Origin: Eutreptiella sp. 'Long Island Sound 2002'
Taxonomy: Eukaryota > Protista > Euglenida
Direction: 5' to 3'
Length of the DNA stretch: 64,000 nucleotides
Assembly (NCBI GenBank): GCA_964036045.1
Contig: OZ038378.1
Span: 75,826,001 to 75,890,000 of the forward strand
Part shown: piece after piece, positions 36,661 through 49,100 of the stretch
Layout: each line of letters begins with the position of its first letter
Numbering within the stretch: position 1 is the first letter of the stretch
The notes under the pieces: model-generated
What the model was told of the DNA's origin: nothing
What the model saw: only the letters and a program-made list of their open reading frames with translations
Database searches by the model: none
Made by a program: the position numbers and the translations under genes

Positions 36661-37479
36661 GAGAGGTGTGGTCATCAGGATGCTCCTCGAAAGTCCCGAG
36701 TCCCCTTTTGTCGTCTTCAGGGAGCAGAGACGTTGAGTACACACCAATTGGGTCCCTACAAGGGGTTCCAGTCCTTCTTCTTAAGATGCCATATTAAGTC
36801 TCTTCGCTCAGAGCGATGAGGCAGAGGGCAAGGTGGAGGGATGATTACCCGGGTTTTGTACCCAGTCGTTTGCTCCTTGTACGAGAGAATGCGTCACGCA
36901 ATAAACGTGAATCCGTTCACAGACGTGGCGCGTCACAGTGAAGTTCTTCATGTGGGGCAAATTTCTCCTCCAAGGACTTAGTACTCTGGGCGGGGCCGCT
37001 CAGGTGGCAGTAAGGAGCAGCGGAGGTCCTTTCGCTAAGGATCGTTCTCGTTGATCGTTACTGGCATCTCAGTACCACAACCTGCTTGGCCTGTGTCATC
37101 AAGCGGGGAGCGTGAAGCGGTGGTGCGCCAGAACCCGTTGGCTGTGGAATTGCACCTAGCAGGAACTTGCCTGCTGCGAGGGACACTCTTGAAATTTGAA
37201 TGGTCCTGGTCTTGGTAAAACGGTGATTAGCAGCAACGCTGATTTGCAAAGTTTGACATGCAAAAATGGAAAAGTCAAGCTTGTGTTCTTGGTTGTGAGC
37301 ACGGGCAATTTTCATTACTGATTTGCGAAATGACCTGCTAACGTTACATCCTCAGTCCAACACTGAAATTTGTGTTGCAACCAATTAACGTACTTTGGTA
37401 GGTATCTTCGAGAGTTAGGGCTGCCTTCTTTGATAAGGCAGGAAGATGCTCTTACTGAGGGGACATCTTATCGCTCCCA

Positions 37480-38370
37480 CTGCCCTATGTCATTTGCCTC
37501 CTAGGCCACCCACGCGGGTGCTTGGAAAGGTAACATCACGGCCACCCGGTCTGCGTTTCCCGGTTCAAAGGATGTTCCGACATTTGGACCACTGGTACCC
37601 TCTTTTGGGCAGCAGCTCTCGGGGGCTGCCCACCTTTGTTGCCTATCTCTCGCCACAGGGGGTATTTTCCTTCGCTCTATGGATCCCAGCTATCGCGGCA
37701 GGGCTTCCTGCCAAAGGGAGCATTGCTCCAGGCGTGTACGGCAGAATTGCCTCACCCCTGTTACTTGAGTCCGGCGACACGCTGCTTGGCAGGGGACCCC
37801 CTACTGAGCTCTGTACCAACTCCTGTGTCACCGCCTGATGGTTGCCATGGTCCGAGGTGCAGGCTGGCCTTACTTCGATCAGATGCCCTCGTGTACCGCC
37901 CCTGCCGCTCATCGAGCAGAGTGGCTGGGTCGCCCCAGTGTGCCGCACTTGTGGTGTGTGGTTTGTTGTAACCGGTACCTTCGCCACCCTCGATGCGCAC
38001 TTGCGTGCGGTTTCCATGGCTCCTTGGCATTTGTTCACCGGCGCGTTTACCTGGTGTGTTGGCTCTGCGGTATCCATGGCTCCGTGGTGCTCATTCACCA
38101 TGTGTGTCTTGAGGGTGGTGTGTGCGGTTTTCTTCGATCCTGGGCGCTAGCTCACCGCTGTGTGTGCCTGGTGTGATGTGTTTGGTGTCCATCGCTCCAG
38201 TGGACCTGTTCACCCCTACGTGCACCTGGAGTTCCGTGTTTGCGGTGTTGATGGCCGCTTGGCTCTTGTACACCACTGTGTGCACCTGGTATGCTATCCA
38301 AGCCCTGTCCATGGCTCCTTGGTGGCTCGGGCGCTGTTTGCATTACATGTGTGGTGCCTGTGCTCCTTGG
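37480..38370. repeat. Diverged copy of the interspersed repeat/satellite head at 62430-63400
   Basis: cccactgcccta...gggtgcttggaa... aligns with 62430 onward, followed by degenerate ...ctgttcacc... units. Confidence 0.55.
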
Positions 38371-39931
38371 GAACTGTTTCTTTGTTTTCCATTGATGATG
38401 TCAGAAACAAAAGGGGGAAAGGATTGCGTGCACACAAGAAGCCTGGACACACGGTCAGCATAGCAGTGGAGTTTACTTCTCTTTGACTTGTCCCGTTCCT
38501 GTTGCTTGTTCCCTTCTGGTAGCTGCGCCTCAGGGCTGCAGCACGGCTGTGGTATTGTACATGGATGTGGTTTCGGTCAGTGCTAGAGCAGTAGCTTGCG
38601 GTCTGCAGTAGGCTCCGGCCGGGGGCCCCAGGCTCAGGATGTAGGTCAGGTGGTAGGTCGGATATGATCTTGGGTGAGGGCCTCTGATGCCCATCTTTCG
38701 GGGCGAGCTGGGATCGGACTTGGGTGCTGTTTTCTACGGATGCCGGTGCATATTGGCAGCGAATTTGCATTCGGCGAATTTCTTGCGAAATTGCGGAGTT
38801 TGTAGAGCAGCTTGAGTTCGAAGTTGCAGCCGGATGGTGGAATTAGAGGGGAAAGCTTGATTAATGGCAGTGGTGCCGCCGCCTGCATGGCCTCATTGGC
38901 ATTTTTTGGACTTTTCTTTGCCTGATTTCTTCAGACTCTTTGACCGTTGGAGGATGATGCTTTGTACAAGTATTGCTCATGATAAAACTCAACTAAGCAT
39001 CCACCTAATTTCTGTTCCGGGTTAGTTGTATTCCGTCAATCCAGCACTTGACAATTGCACTGGATTTGAAGATGCAGGGTTGGATGGTTTGGTTTTCTCA
39101 TAAAACAATTCTGCCAAGTTTTAGCCTTTGACTCCAAAAGAATATAGAGAAATCTGCTGAACAAAAGTAAGGAAAATTGGCGATGCGCCACGGGCGTCCA
39201 CAACGCAACCTTCAGCGAATTCGCAGACAAATTGGGCAACAAATTCGCAGTCCTGTGAAATTCACAGCAAACTGGCAGCAAATTTTGCTGTCCCAACAAT
39301 TTGACACCAAATTTGCCGAATTGAAATCCCATTCATTGCGGAAATGCATCCCTACTGTTTTCAGGCGCGATCAGTGGGTCAGCTGGTTGGCCTGCTAGTC
39401 ATGGGTGCTGTCCTTGATAATCTACATTATTGAGGGGCCCTGGTGAGGTGCTTGGTGGCTGCTTCGGGCGTCATCGCGGGATTTTCTGCTGGGTTGGGCA
39501 GCGCCAGGTGCGGTTTTTGGCCGCCAATGCTTGTTGTTGGAATCGGATCTCGGGCGGTTTTGTATTATGCTAGGCTTTGGCATGGTATGTTGATCTTATC
39601 AAAATCATTGTGTTGGCCTTCCAGTTTGTGTGGAACACCTCCTTTGCTGTAGCTCCTCAAGACTCCCTTATCTCAACGTTGAGCATTTTGGTGAAGATGA
39701 ACACAAATCCCGACACTGGAGCCAGGCCAACTGGCCAGTCGAGATATGCGAGTTCACATGCCTAAACAACAAGAAATTAATGCACCAATTAATGTATCAA
39801 AAATATCTCATTAAACATATTTTAATACATTTTTCTGAATGTCCTGGTATCACAGGCACCGTCAGGATGTGTGTCGCGCGCACTGGCGCCTGGCGGCAGA
39901 ATGAATCAAAAGATGAGAAAACCCCTACTTT

Positions 39932-41095
39932 AAAGGCAGCAGGGACAGAAAGGTATGCGGGTATGGGCTGAACTAAATGCATGAAGCATGCAGATCGTGC
40001 AAATGTATGGGTTACCTGTGACGACCAGTCCGGCAGTTCACCTGCAGGTACCGAACTCCACAAGTCCCCAGGCATAGCCTGAACGGGTGTAGGCGGGTGG
40101 ATGTATTTAGGTAGGGCAGGAGGGGCGGGGGGGGAGCGACTGAGGGGTAGCATTTCGCTTTTAATGACGTTTGTCTGGCAAGCTATGAGGCTTAGGGCGT
40201 GTTGCACGGCGCGTGCAGTAGACTGGCTGTGTCCTTTGGGTGTGGGGGTAGCAATATCATCAACATAAGCAGAGAAGGATACGCCTAGTGTCTGCAGGTA
40301 CCTCAGGAAGATCTCAAAAACAATCACAAACAGGAAACACGACAGCGGGCACCCTTGCTTAACCCCATGGGTGGTACGGAAGACTGTGGTCTCCGCTCCT
40401 CGCAGATAGGTGGCCCCTTTCTCAAGCACCAGAAAAATTGAGCGCAGTAACTTGGATGGGGTGCCCAGTCTGTCCAGGACGCCATAGATCAGTGGCTTAG
40501 GCGGGCTGTCGAATGCATGGTACACATCGAATGCAAGTATGGTTTCCAAATTTCCTATGTTATCGAGGTCCTCAAGAAAGGCCTGCGTGGCGTGCGCTGT
40601 GTACGAACGCTGTTTGCCACCAAACTGTCTGGGTTGCAAGTGGGGGGACAAGATGGGGTACAACGTGGAGCGGACCCAGCGCATGAGTAGGCGGTAGATG
40701 GAATTGCTCATGGCAATAGGTCTCCACCTGTCGCGGTCCTGTCACTGTCCCTTACCTTTAAATATGCAAAGGGTCTCTGAAGCTAACCAGTCCTCAGGTA
40801 TGGTGCCGTGCTCATATACAGAAACAATGCTCCTGTGGACATAGGTGAAGACTGAGTCGGGCAGGGCAGCAATAAGGTACGGCGGGAAGCCATCAGGGAC
40901 CCGAGACGTTTTCCTAGAGGCCTTAGCAAGGTGACGCAGTGCATCGAAGGTAGGGGGGGGCACATCTGGTACCCGTGGTTGGGGGTGTATTATGTCTAGT
41001 GCATCTCGACACCGGTGTTGCGTTGCAGGATGCGCTGTATCTTCCTCGTTGGGACAGGAAGGTCGGACTGTGCAGGAGGAGTGAGGAGGGGGTGT
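39932..41095 (-). pseudogene. LINE reverse transcriptase (inverted 5' block)
   Basis: IPEDWLAS...WRPIAMSNSIYR, QFGG, AFDVYHAFD, GVKQGCPLS, AYVDD. Confidence 0.92.
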
Positions 41096-42610
41096 TTTAC
41101 CCTCAAAGAAGAGTTGCAGGCCCAGCTGAACGAACTCCACCAACAGCCCATCCAGGTCCTTGACAGAGTTCTCTTACTTAATACCTTAGTTCTGCCCCGG
41201 TTGTTGTATCGCATAGAGTGCCTGCCACTCACCTCAAGCCAAGTGCAGGACCTGACCTCCACTGTTGAGAAATTCGTTTTCGGAGTAGCAGGGCTCCCCC
41301 TCCTTGTGGCCCGCAAGACTCTGTACACCCACGGCAGTCATGGCCTCGGACTAGGCTACCTCCCTGTACTCTACCCCACCCGGCTCCTGGACACCCTTCA
41401 TCGCAACGAGTACCTACCACAGTACAACACACACCCCCGCAGGCCGATGTTGCCATGAAGGCTATTCGCTACCGTCCTGCACATGATTGCCCCCCCCCTC
41501 ACCGACCACTTGTCTCCTCCTCCCTGTCACATGGGAAGCCCAGAAAACCATAAGATCTGCCACTCAAATTGTGAGTGTAGCTCGTTTGTCCGCTTACGTT
41601 CTCCCGTCAAGATACTCTCCTGATGGAACCTACACAGATGGCAGTAAACTGGGGCAACCCCCTGCGTCCGGTGCCTCGGCCCTGCTCAGAGATGGTAGGA
41701 TAGTAGTGTGCAGAGTGCCAGATGTCCCCAACTCTTACAAGGCTGCGCTGGTGGGCATCCTCTTGGACTCCCACTTCTCCCCGGAAGGTGAACAGGTACA
41801 CCTTGACTGTCAAGGCGCCATTGCCTCTGCAGTCGGCTCCAAAAGACCCGTTCGGCAAGCAAGGTGGGTCACAGCAGTGCGCCAGTCACTGCAATCCAAA
41901 AAACAAAGTCTTTGCTGGGTTGAAAGGCATGCCGGCATTGCACACAATGAGGCCTCTGATCACTATGCCAAATTGGATACCACTTTGCCCCCTCGTCCCC
42001 CCTAAACCTCGTCATCCCCCTGGGACGTTGTCAGGCGCGGTGAACTGATGGCACCCCCCCATAAGGTTTGGACACACGACCTTATACCCACCCACAGCCA
42101 CGATCACTTCCACCCGGTGTCCTGGCGTCCGCTGAAGTCTCGCCGACTGGCATGGCACAAGTGGCTCTTTGGACTCCAATCCGGAATGGGCTACCAGCAC
42201 TACACGACATTCTGGAGGGATGAAACCCTTGTTGTATGCTGCCCCATTTGCCATGGCGGCCATAACTCTAGCGTTCATGGTGTACTTGCTTTCTGCAGCC
42301 GGGATCAACCTTTGGTTAAGGCTTGGCTAGACTCCTGGCCCCACCCTGAATCTGTCGCTCGCTGGAGAGCTACAGCGCTCCGCCGTGACCTACGCATCGT
42401 GGGCTGTCTGGCCGTCCCCCACGGCCTCTACAAGTATCTGCGTACCACACAGGGTGGGCTCTCAGCAGCAAGAAGACAGATAGGCCGGTTTCAACGCTCT
42501 GTCTTGGACTCAGTCACCTCAGCTCTGTCAGAGTGCCCCCCCCCCCCAAAATGCGGCGCCCTCATGTTTTCAACCCCAGCCAGTGGAACGCCCCCATGCA
42601 GCTGTTCTGA
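41096..42610 (+). pseudogene. LINE thumb, RNase H and C-terminal Cys/His finger
   Basis: LNTLVLPRLLY, HGLGLG, YTDGS, LDCQGA, WVERHAGIAHNEASDHYAK, CPICHGGHNSSVHGVLAFC. Confidence 0.88.
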
Positions 42611-42921
42611 ACCCCGTCCCCGCCCCCGACCTGAGTGGCCGTACTCCTGTATTCTGAATCCCCTACCCCCAAACATCGCTCTTTCCTCGACCAGTACCAC
42701 CTGCCCCCCACCTGGTTCACATACCCCTCTGCTCAAGTTTGCAGGCCCACGCACCAACGCATCGGTTCAAGTGTCCATCGACAATCGACAGCATGCCACC
42801 GTCTTAAACTAATGTGTGCCTGCAGCATGTGCCATCAGGGCGCACACAGGCTCGACCAACCGGCGGCACTGTCAGAGTAGTCCACAGCATTTCTTTGCTT
42901 GGCTTCTCTTGTTTTTGGAAG

Positions 42922-43129
42922 TATGCCATTTTCGCTGTGCATATTTCTGTCTTTCAGCCATGTTTGTTTTGCCGAGGAGGCCCGTAGAGGCGAAACCGGT
43001 TCGAACCCAATGTGTTTCTGAGAAAGACATTGGCCGTGCCCGTTGCTTGCTTTGGTTTGGAGGTCAGCTGTGGCGTCAACCACAATCAACGAGAGTGGAA
43101 AACATTCTCCTGGGCTTTTCTTTTCTATC
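42922..43129 (+). ncRNA. Solo ~208-bp Penelope pLTR-like repeat with a hammerhead-ribozyme-like motif (core ~42966-43006)
   Basis: TTTG-CCGAGGA-G-GCC-CGTAGA-GGC-GAAA-CCGG-TT-CGAA. Inverted homolog of 51069-51274. Confidence 0.6.
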
Positions 43130-44199
43130 ACGCGCACGTCAGTGCATATCACATCCAGCTGGCCGGCCTTTCCCTTGCCCCCCCCCCCTGCAGATTTTGC
43201 CTGTTGATGTAAACATTTTCCCTGTGATTTATGTTTCATCCCTGCATTTTATGTCTCTGTGTCACACTGAGTTCCCAGCCAGCCCCCTGATGAAACCCCT
43301 GAACACTGTCGGCCCCACCTGACTTCAAGTGACGCCCCTGAAGGCTACTGCCCCAGCCCCCATTTCTCCACCTCAGCCATATGGGATTTTAGCTCAGTGA
43401 CTACCCACGTGCATGGTACCCCCGTTTGACTGCATGATCCACGAGACATGAGTTGGGGCGATCACCCGCATGACACTGCCTTTGTTTTTTAGCTCATTAC
43501 TCTGCAGAACCCTGACCCACCAACGTTGTCCACAGGCCGGCCAACTGCCCTGACCCCTGACGCCCGTGGGATGAGGGTGATGTGTGTATGATGGGCTGGC
43601 CCTTCCTAGTTTGGACTTCTTGTGTTGGACTCAGGACTTGTGTTACAAAAAAAAAAGATGAGAAAACCACACCGAAAGAATTTTCTAAATGGCCGAAATT
43701 AAAGCTAATTAGCATAAGAAACGGCTGGGGCAAAAAGCTCGCGGCACAGTGTCTCAAAATACGAACGAATTTTTTGAACCTTAAATAGGTAAACAAATGG
43801 CGCCGTAAGCGCTGCAACGAATACAGGAACCTAACGTTGTGTCGCTCCTCGCTGTGCGTGCCATATAGGTAAAGAAAAACGTGTCGCCAGCAGTCCTCAA
43901 AACCGGAAAATGTTTCTCTGTCACGCCATGCCCCTGGTCTCACTCCCTCTCGCTTTGTCTTCTTCTCCATGTACCTCCCCTTTCCTTTCCGGCCCCACCC
44001 TCGCCTTTTTGGCCATCCTTTTCGCTGCAGGCTGGAGCAGGCAAGGCGTAAAAGGTCGAGTCAAGTCAAACACAAGGATCACAACAAGAAGGAGCAAAGG
44101 GCGTCAAGACCGGAGGCAGTGGGCAGAGCAGGTGCACTCTGACACTGGAAACAGCAACAAGGCAAGGAACGGCGTCGACAGACTCAGCAACGTCGTATT

Positions 44200-46130
44200 C
44201 GACCGACTCTGACATGGATGCAGAATACCACATGGTTAACTAAAAATTCAAAGTGACAGTGTGGTTTTGTGCATGGCGGCAGAGGGGAAGCTCACCAGAG
44301 CACACACACAGCACCACATACCACCACCAGGCAACAGGCAGACAGCCGGCAGCACAGGACAGCACGAGGCACCAGGAACGGCACGAAGCATGCATGCGAG
44401 CCTGCATTGGGAAGTGTCTGATTTTCTTTTTCAGAAATTTGTTCTCTTTTCCAAAATGTTGACACAGCAAACGCCGGGAAGACAGGTAACACACCAAGGG
44501 AAACACGCGGCGGAAAAAACCGGACCGAACAACAGCACAAGCCACGACACCACAGCAAAACACACACAGCACAGCACACACAACGCAGTGACACACAACA
44601 TAGCACTGCACCAAACGGCACCGAGCCCTACAGCACGAAAGAGCCCCGAAGTGCACGGCACAGCACGCAGCAGCACCATACAGCGTGGGACAAAGCAGCT
44701 CAGCACCACGCAAACAGCGCAGCGCGCGACAGCAGGGCACCGCAGGAAACAAAAAGACGCACCGCCGTACAGAACAGCACCGAGGATCACCGCAGACAGC
44801 GACGCAGCGCGAGCTGCAACAGCAAGCCACAAGAAAGAAAGGGCACAGCAAAGTGCATCAGGAGACCACACGCAAAGGCGCAGCACGACACACAGCAGCA
44901 CACAACAGCACAGCACAGGACAGCACGCAAAAACCCTTGCACCACAACGCAGCACAGCGCGAAAACAAGCAGCACGACAGACCAGCACACAGCGGGGCAC
45001 AGCCACACCACGGACAACAGGACGGCGCGGCACAAACAACACAGCGCAGCCCAACGCCACAAGCGAAGCGCGACAAGATGCGGCACAACAGGACACAACA
45101 CACCACAGCAACACAGCGCAACAAGGGACCACAAGAGACCACAAGGCACCAGCACAAGCCACAACACACGCAGCAGGACAGGGGGGGAGGGGGCAGCTAG
45201 CAGCGCAATTCCACGAGGAAGGGCAACCGGGTGCCCAGATACAAAAGGGGCAAGAGAGAGCAGGGAAACACCATCGACAGGTGACAACACGCGCAAAACA
45301 CAAACCAGGGTAGGGGGGGGGCAGCAGCGAAGGGCAGCCAGGGACGACAAACGGCCAAGGGGCGTGTACAGAACCACAAAGCGGGCAGAGAACAAGGGAA
45401 AACAAAAGGCAGGGCCACAGCACCCACGAAACACAAACAAAGGGGAGGGGGGGCAGCAGGCGGGGACAACCGTGCACATAAACAGAAACATACACAGGGG
45501 AAAAAAGCGGCAACGAAAGACACACAAAGGGAGGGGGGCAGCTACAAGCGGCAACAACCAACAACGCACGGCCAACAGGCGTGCAGCAATGGGAAAGAGG
45601 GGTGATAACAAGGAATCAAGCAACGACACCCGCGAAACACAAACCAGGAGGGGGGGGGCGCAGTGGGACGCAGCGCAAACCAGCAAAGGAAGGCCAACAG
45701 GCTTTTCGCAACAGCTAGGGGGCAGCGAACAAGGACAAATGCGCAACAGGGCAACGACAGCCGCGACACGCAAGAGATGAGGAGATGGGGCGGCAGGCGG
45801 CAGCAGGAACAGGCCCACAGCAACGAAGAAGCAGAGAGAGAAGAAGGGAAAACGAACGGCATCGCTACGACACCCGCAAAACAGGAACCAGCGGGGTGGT
45901 GAGCAAGCAACCACAGAAACGGCTGTCGGAAAAACAAGGCAAGCAAGAAAAGGAATAAAAGGGGCGCAGGGGGGGCAGGAGCCACCAATCAGCGCCAAGG
46001 CCCAGGGCACAGGGGCCGGAAACCACAAAAAGCCGGAGAGAACGAGGGGCCGCAGGAGAAGGAAAAGGGGGGAACTGAAAAAGAAAAAAAGAAAAAAAGA
46101 AAAGAAAAGGAGGGGGGGGCGGGGGAGCAC
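44200..46130. repeat. CA/A-rich low-complexity interspersed repeat (reverse-strand counterpart of TG-rich blocks such as 10480-10780)
   Basis: Dense cacagcacagca/acaac motifs. The overlapping Cys/Val-rich ORFs are compositional artefacts. Confidence 0.6.
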
Positions 46131-49100
46131 ACAGGGTGAAGGCCGGGGACACCAAGGGCTGGAGACCACAGAAAACCAGAGACACAAGGAGGCAGTAAGA
46201 GTGAAAGAAATGAAGGAAAAAAACCGGGCAATTCCAGCCTGGCCGGGGCCGAATGGCAAGAGAAGGAGACCGCAACGGCCAAGAGAAAGGTGAGGCGCAC
46301 CAAAACGCGCCGAGGAGGCCGGCCCGCCCGACACAGCCAGGAGGAGCAAGCAAACACACACACACACGAGACCCGGGAGGTTTCGGCGTCGACCCAAAAT
46401 AGCCCTGGTGCACCGACCGAGGCCCTCGTTTAACGACGGACGGTACAGGGAAGGGGACGTGTGAGTGACCGGGGCCACAATTGCGAAACCACCGCAGTGC
46501 ACCCAGCCGGAGACAGACGCCAGAGGGACCCGCCAGGGACAACCCCAGGGCAGGGCCCCAAACGGGCACGACGCCGAGTGAGCATAGCAGCCCCGCCTCG
46601 GTGGGCGCCAGCGGCAACCACGATGAGCACGGCTCCCGGCCGGCCTCCACGTGCCCCAGGCAGTCGCGGAGTAAATCCGCGTGTCAAAGCCCTCGGTAGA
46701 GGGAAGCACCATGGCAACGGGAAAGCCAATTGGGACACGAAGAGCGACCGGACCGCATGAGGCGCAGCGCACCAATGTGGCGGCAAGAGGCACGCCAGGG
46801 AGGCACGCTGCCAGCCACAACCACGGCAGATGGACAGGTGCCAATCAACAACAGCCACCGTGTGCCGCAAACCCGGGCGCCGCGCACAACACGCACTCAA
46901 CCAAGGCACAAGAGAAGGTACCAGGCAGCGCCCAACCCGGCGAGAGGGGCCCCCATTGATGCCCCCCGCCGCCCCAGCGAGGCGCAGCACCCGCAAGGCC
47001 ACGTGCACAGTGGGGAGTTGTAATAGGTTTAGCTGTAAAGATCACTAATGCGATCGCGCGCGCATGTAGACACGCCTGAAGGTAAAATAAGATAGACATT
47101 TAGAAAGCGAGGAGCAACGCTTTTGTAGGTATTTTACATTATAAATTTGTCTGTGTACACAGACTGATGGGATGACATTAAGTTTTGTGAAATGTTTGTT
47201 GATTTGTATTGCGCTGCGCTTGTGAATGATTGGGGATCTGGAGGAGTTTGAAAACACAAGGAGATTTGGAGATTACCAAGAAAATTCATCAACAAGCAGA
47301 GTATCATTACAATCCCATCAGTCGAAAAATCTTGGAGATCTTCGGTATGTCTGCTGTGCAACGGGCATCATCGACAATGAGTGCTTCAAGCCCTGGGGAC
47401 AACGGTCTCAGTGAGAGCAATCTGCCCAGTACAGCTTCCAGAGAGCCATATGACGATTTGCCGGATGCCAAGGAGATGATCAGCCGCCTGCTTGAGCCGG
47501 CACGCGCCCACAACGCTGAGGAGCTGCGTGCAAAGCGGACGCGCGCTGACAAGGCCTGCAAGGGCCTTCATCGCAAAATACGGGTGCTCATCGCTCGTAT
47601 GCGCACACAGGCCCAGGACACCAAGGGCCGGAGACCACAGAAAACCAGAGACACAAGGAGGCTGTAAAAGTGAAAGAAACGAAGGAACAAAATCGGGCAA
47701 TTCCAGCCTGGCAAGGGCCGAGGGGCAGAAGAAGGAGACCGCAACGGCCAAGGGAAAGGTGAGGCGCACCAAAACGCGCTCAGGAGGCAGGCCCGCCCGA
47801 CCCAGCCAGGAAGAGCAAGCACACGCACACACGCACGAGACCCGGGAGGTTTCGGCGTCGACCCAAGACAGCCCTCGTGCACCAGCCGAGGCCCCCGTTC
47901 AACGACGGACGGTACAGGAAAGGAGACGGGGCCACAATTGCCAAACCACCGCAGTGCACCCAGCCGGAGACGGAAGCCAGAGGGACCCGCCGGGGACAAC
48001 CCCAGGGCAGGGCCCCAAACGGGCACAACGCCAAGCGAGCGTAGCAGCCCCGCTTCGGTGGGCGCCAGCGGCAACCACCATGAGCACGGCTCCCGGCCGG
48101 CGTCCACGTGTCCCAGGCAGCCTCGGAGTAAATCCGCGTGTCAAAGCCCCCGGTAGAGGGAGGCACCACGGCAACGGGAAAGCCATCCGGGACACAGAGA
48201 GCAACCGGACCGCATGAGGCGCAGCGCAGCAACGCGGCGGCAAGAGGCACGCCAGAGAGGCACGCCGCCAGCCACAACCACGGCAGACGGACAGGTGCCA
48301 ATCAACAACAGCCACCGGGTGCCGCAAACCCAGGCGCCGCGCACAACACGCACTGAACCAAGGCACAAGAGAAGGTGACAGGCAGCGCCCAACCCGGCGA
48401 GGGGCGCCCCCATGGATGCCCCCCGCCGCTCAAGGGAGGCGCAGTACCCGCAAGGCCACGAGCACAGTGGGGAGTTGTAATAGGTTTAGGTGTAAAGATC
48501 GCTAATGCGATCGCGCGCGCATGTAGACACGCCTGAAGGTAAAATAAGATAGACATTTCGAAAGCGAGGAGCAACACTTTTGTAGGTATTTTACATTATA
48601 CATTTGTCTGTGTACACAGACTGATGGGATGACATTAAGTTTTGTGAAATGTTTGTTGATTTGTATCGCGCTGCGCTTGTGAATGATTGGGGATCTGAAG
48701 GATTTTGAAAACAAAGGACGATTTGGAGATTACCAAGAAAATTCATCGACAAGCAGAGTATCATTACAATCCCATCAGTCGAAAAATCTTGGAGATCTTC
48801 GGTATGTCTGCTGTGCAACGGGCATCATCGACAATGAGTTTTTCAAGCCCTGGAGACAACGGTCTCAGTGAGAGCAATCTGCCCAGTACAGCTTGCAGAG
48901 AGCCATACGACGATTTGCCGGATGCCAAGGAGATGATCAGCCGCCTGCTTGAGCCGGCACGCGCCCACAACGCTGAGGAGCTGCGTGCAAAGCGGACGCG
49001 CGCTGACAAGGCCTGCAAGGGCCTTCATCGCAAAATACGGGTGCTCATCGCTCGTATGCGCACACAGGCCCAGGACACCAAGGGCCGGAGACCACAGAAA

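Larger units (their letters stand above)
39929..42660. mobile_element. RNase H-bearing LINE, 5'-truncated with 5' inversion
   Basis: RT on the minus strand and thumb/RNase H/zinc finger on the plus strand. The two coding halves join seamlessly (see findings). Confidence 0.85.

Noticed and set aside
42996-43008. GGTTCGAACCC B-box suggesting a tRNA gene
   Set aside because: There is no cloverleaf or A-box, and the bases are explained by hammerhead stems III and I.
43497-43970. 157-aa minus-strand ORF as a possible host exon
   Set aside because: No recognisable motif or splice/SL context; left unassigned.
47078-47110. SL-like CTTTCxAAATGTCTATCTTATTTT on the minus strand of each 1.46-kb unit (possible SL RNA gene array)
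   Set aside because: Only about 18/25 matches in T-rich sequence, no GT donor follows, and the similarity is within chance expectation for this window.
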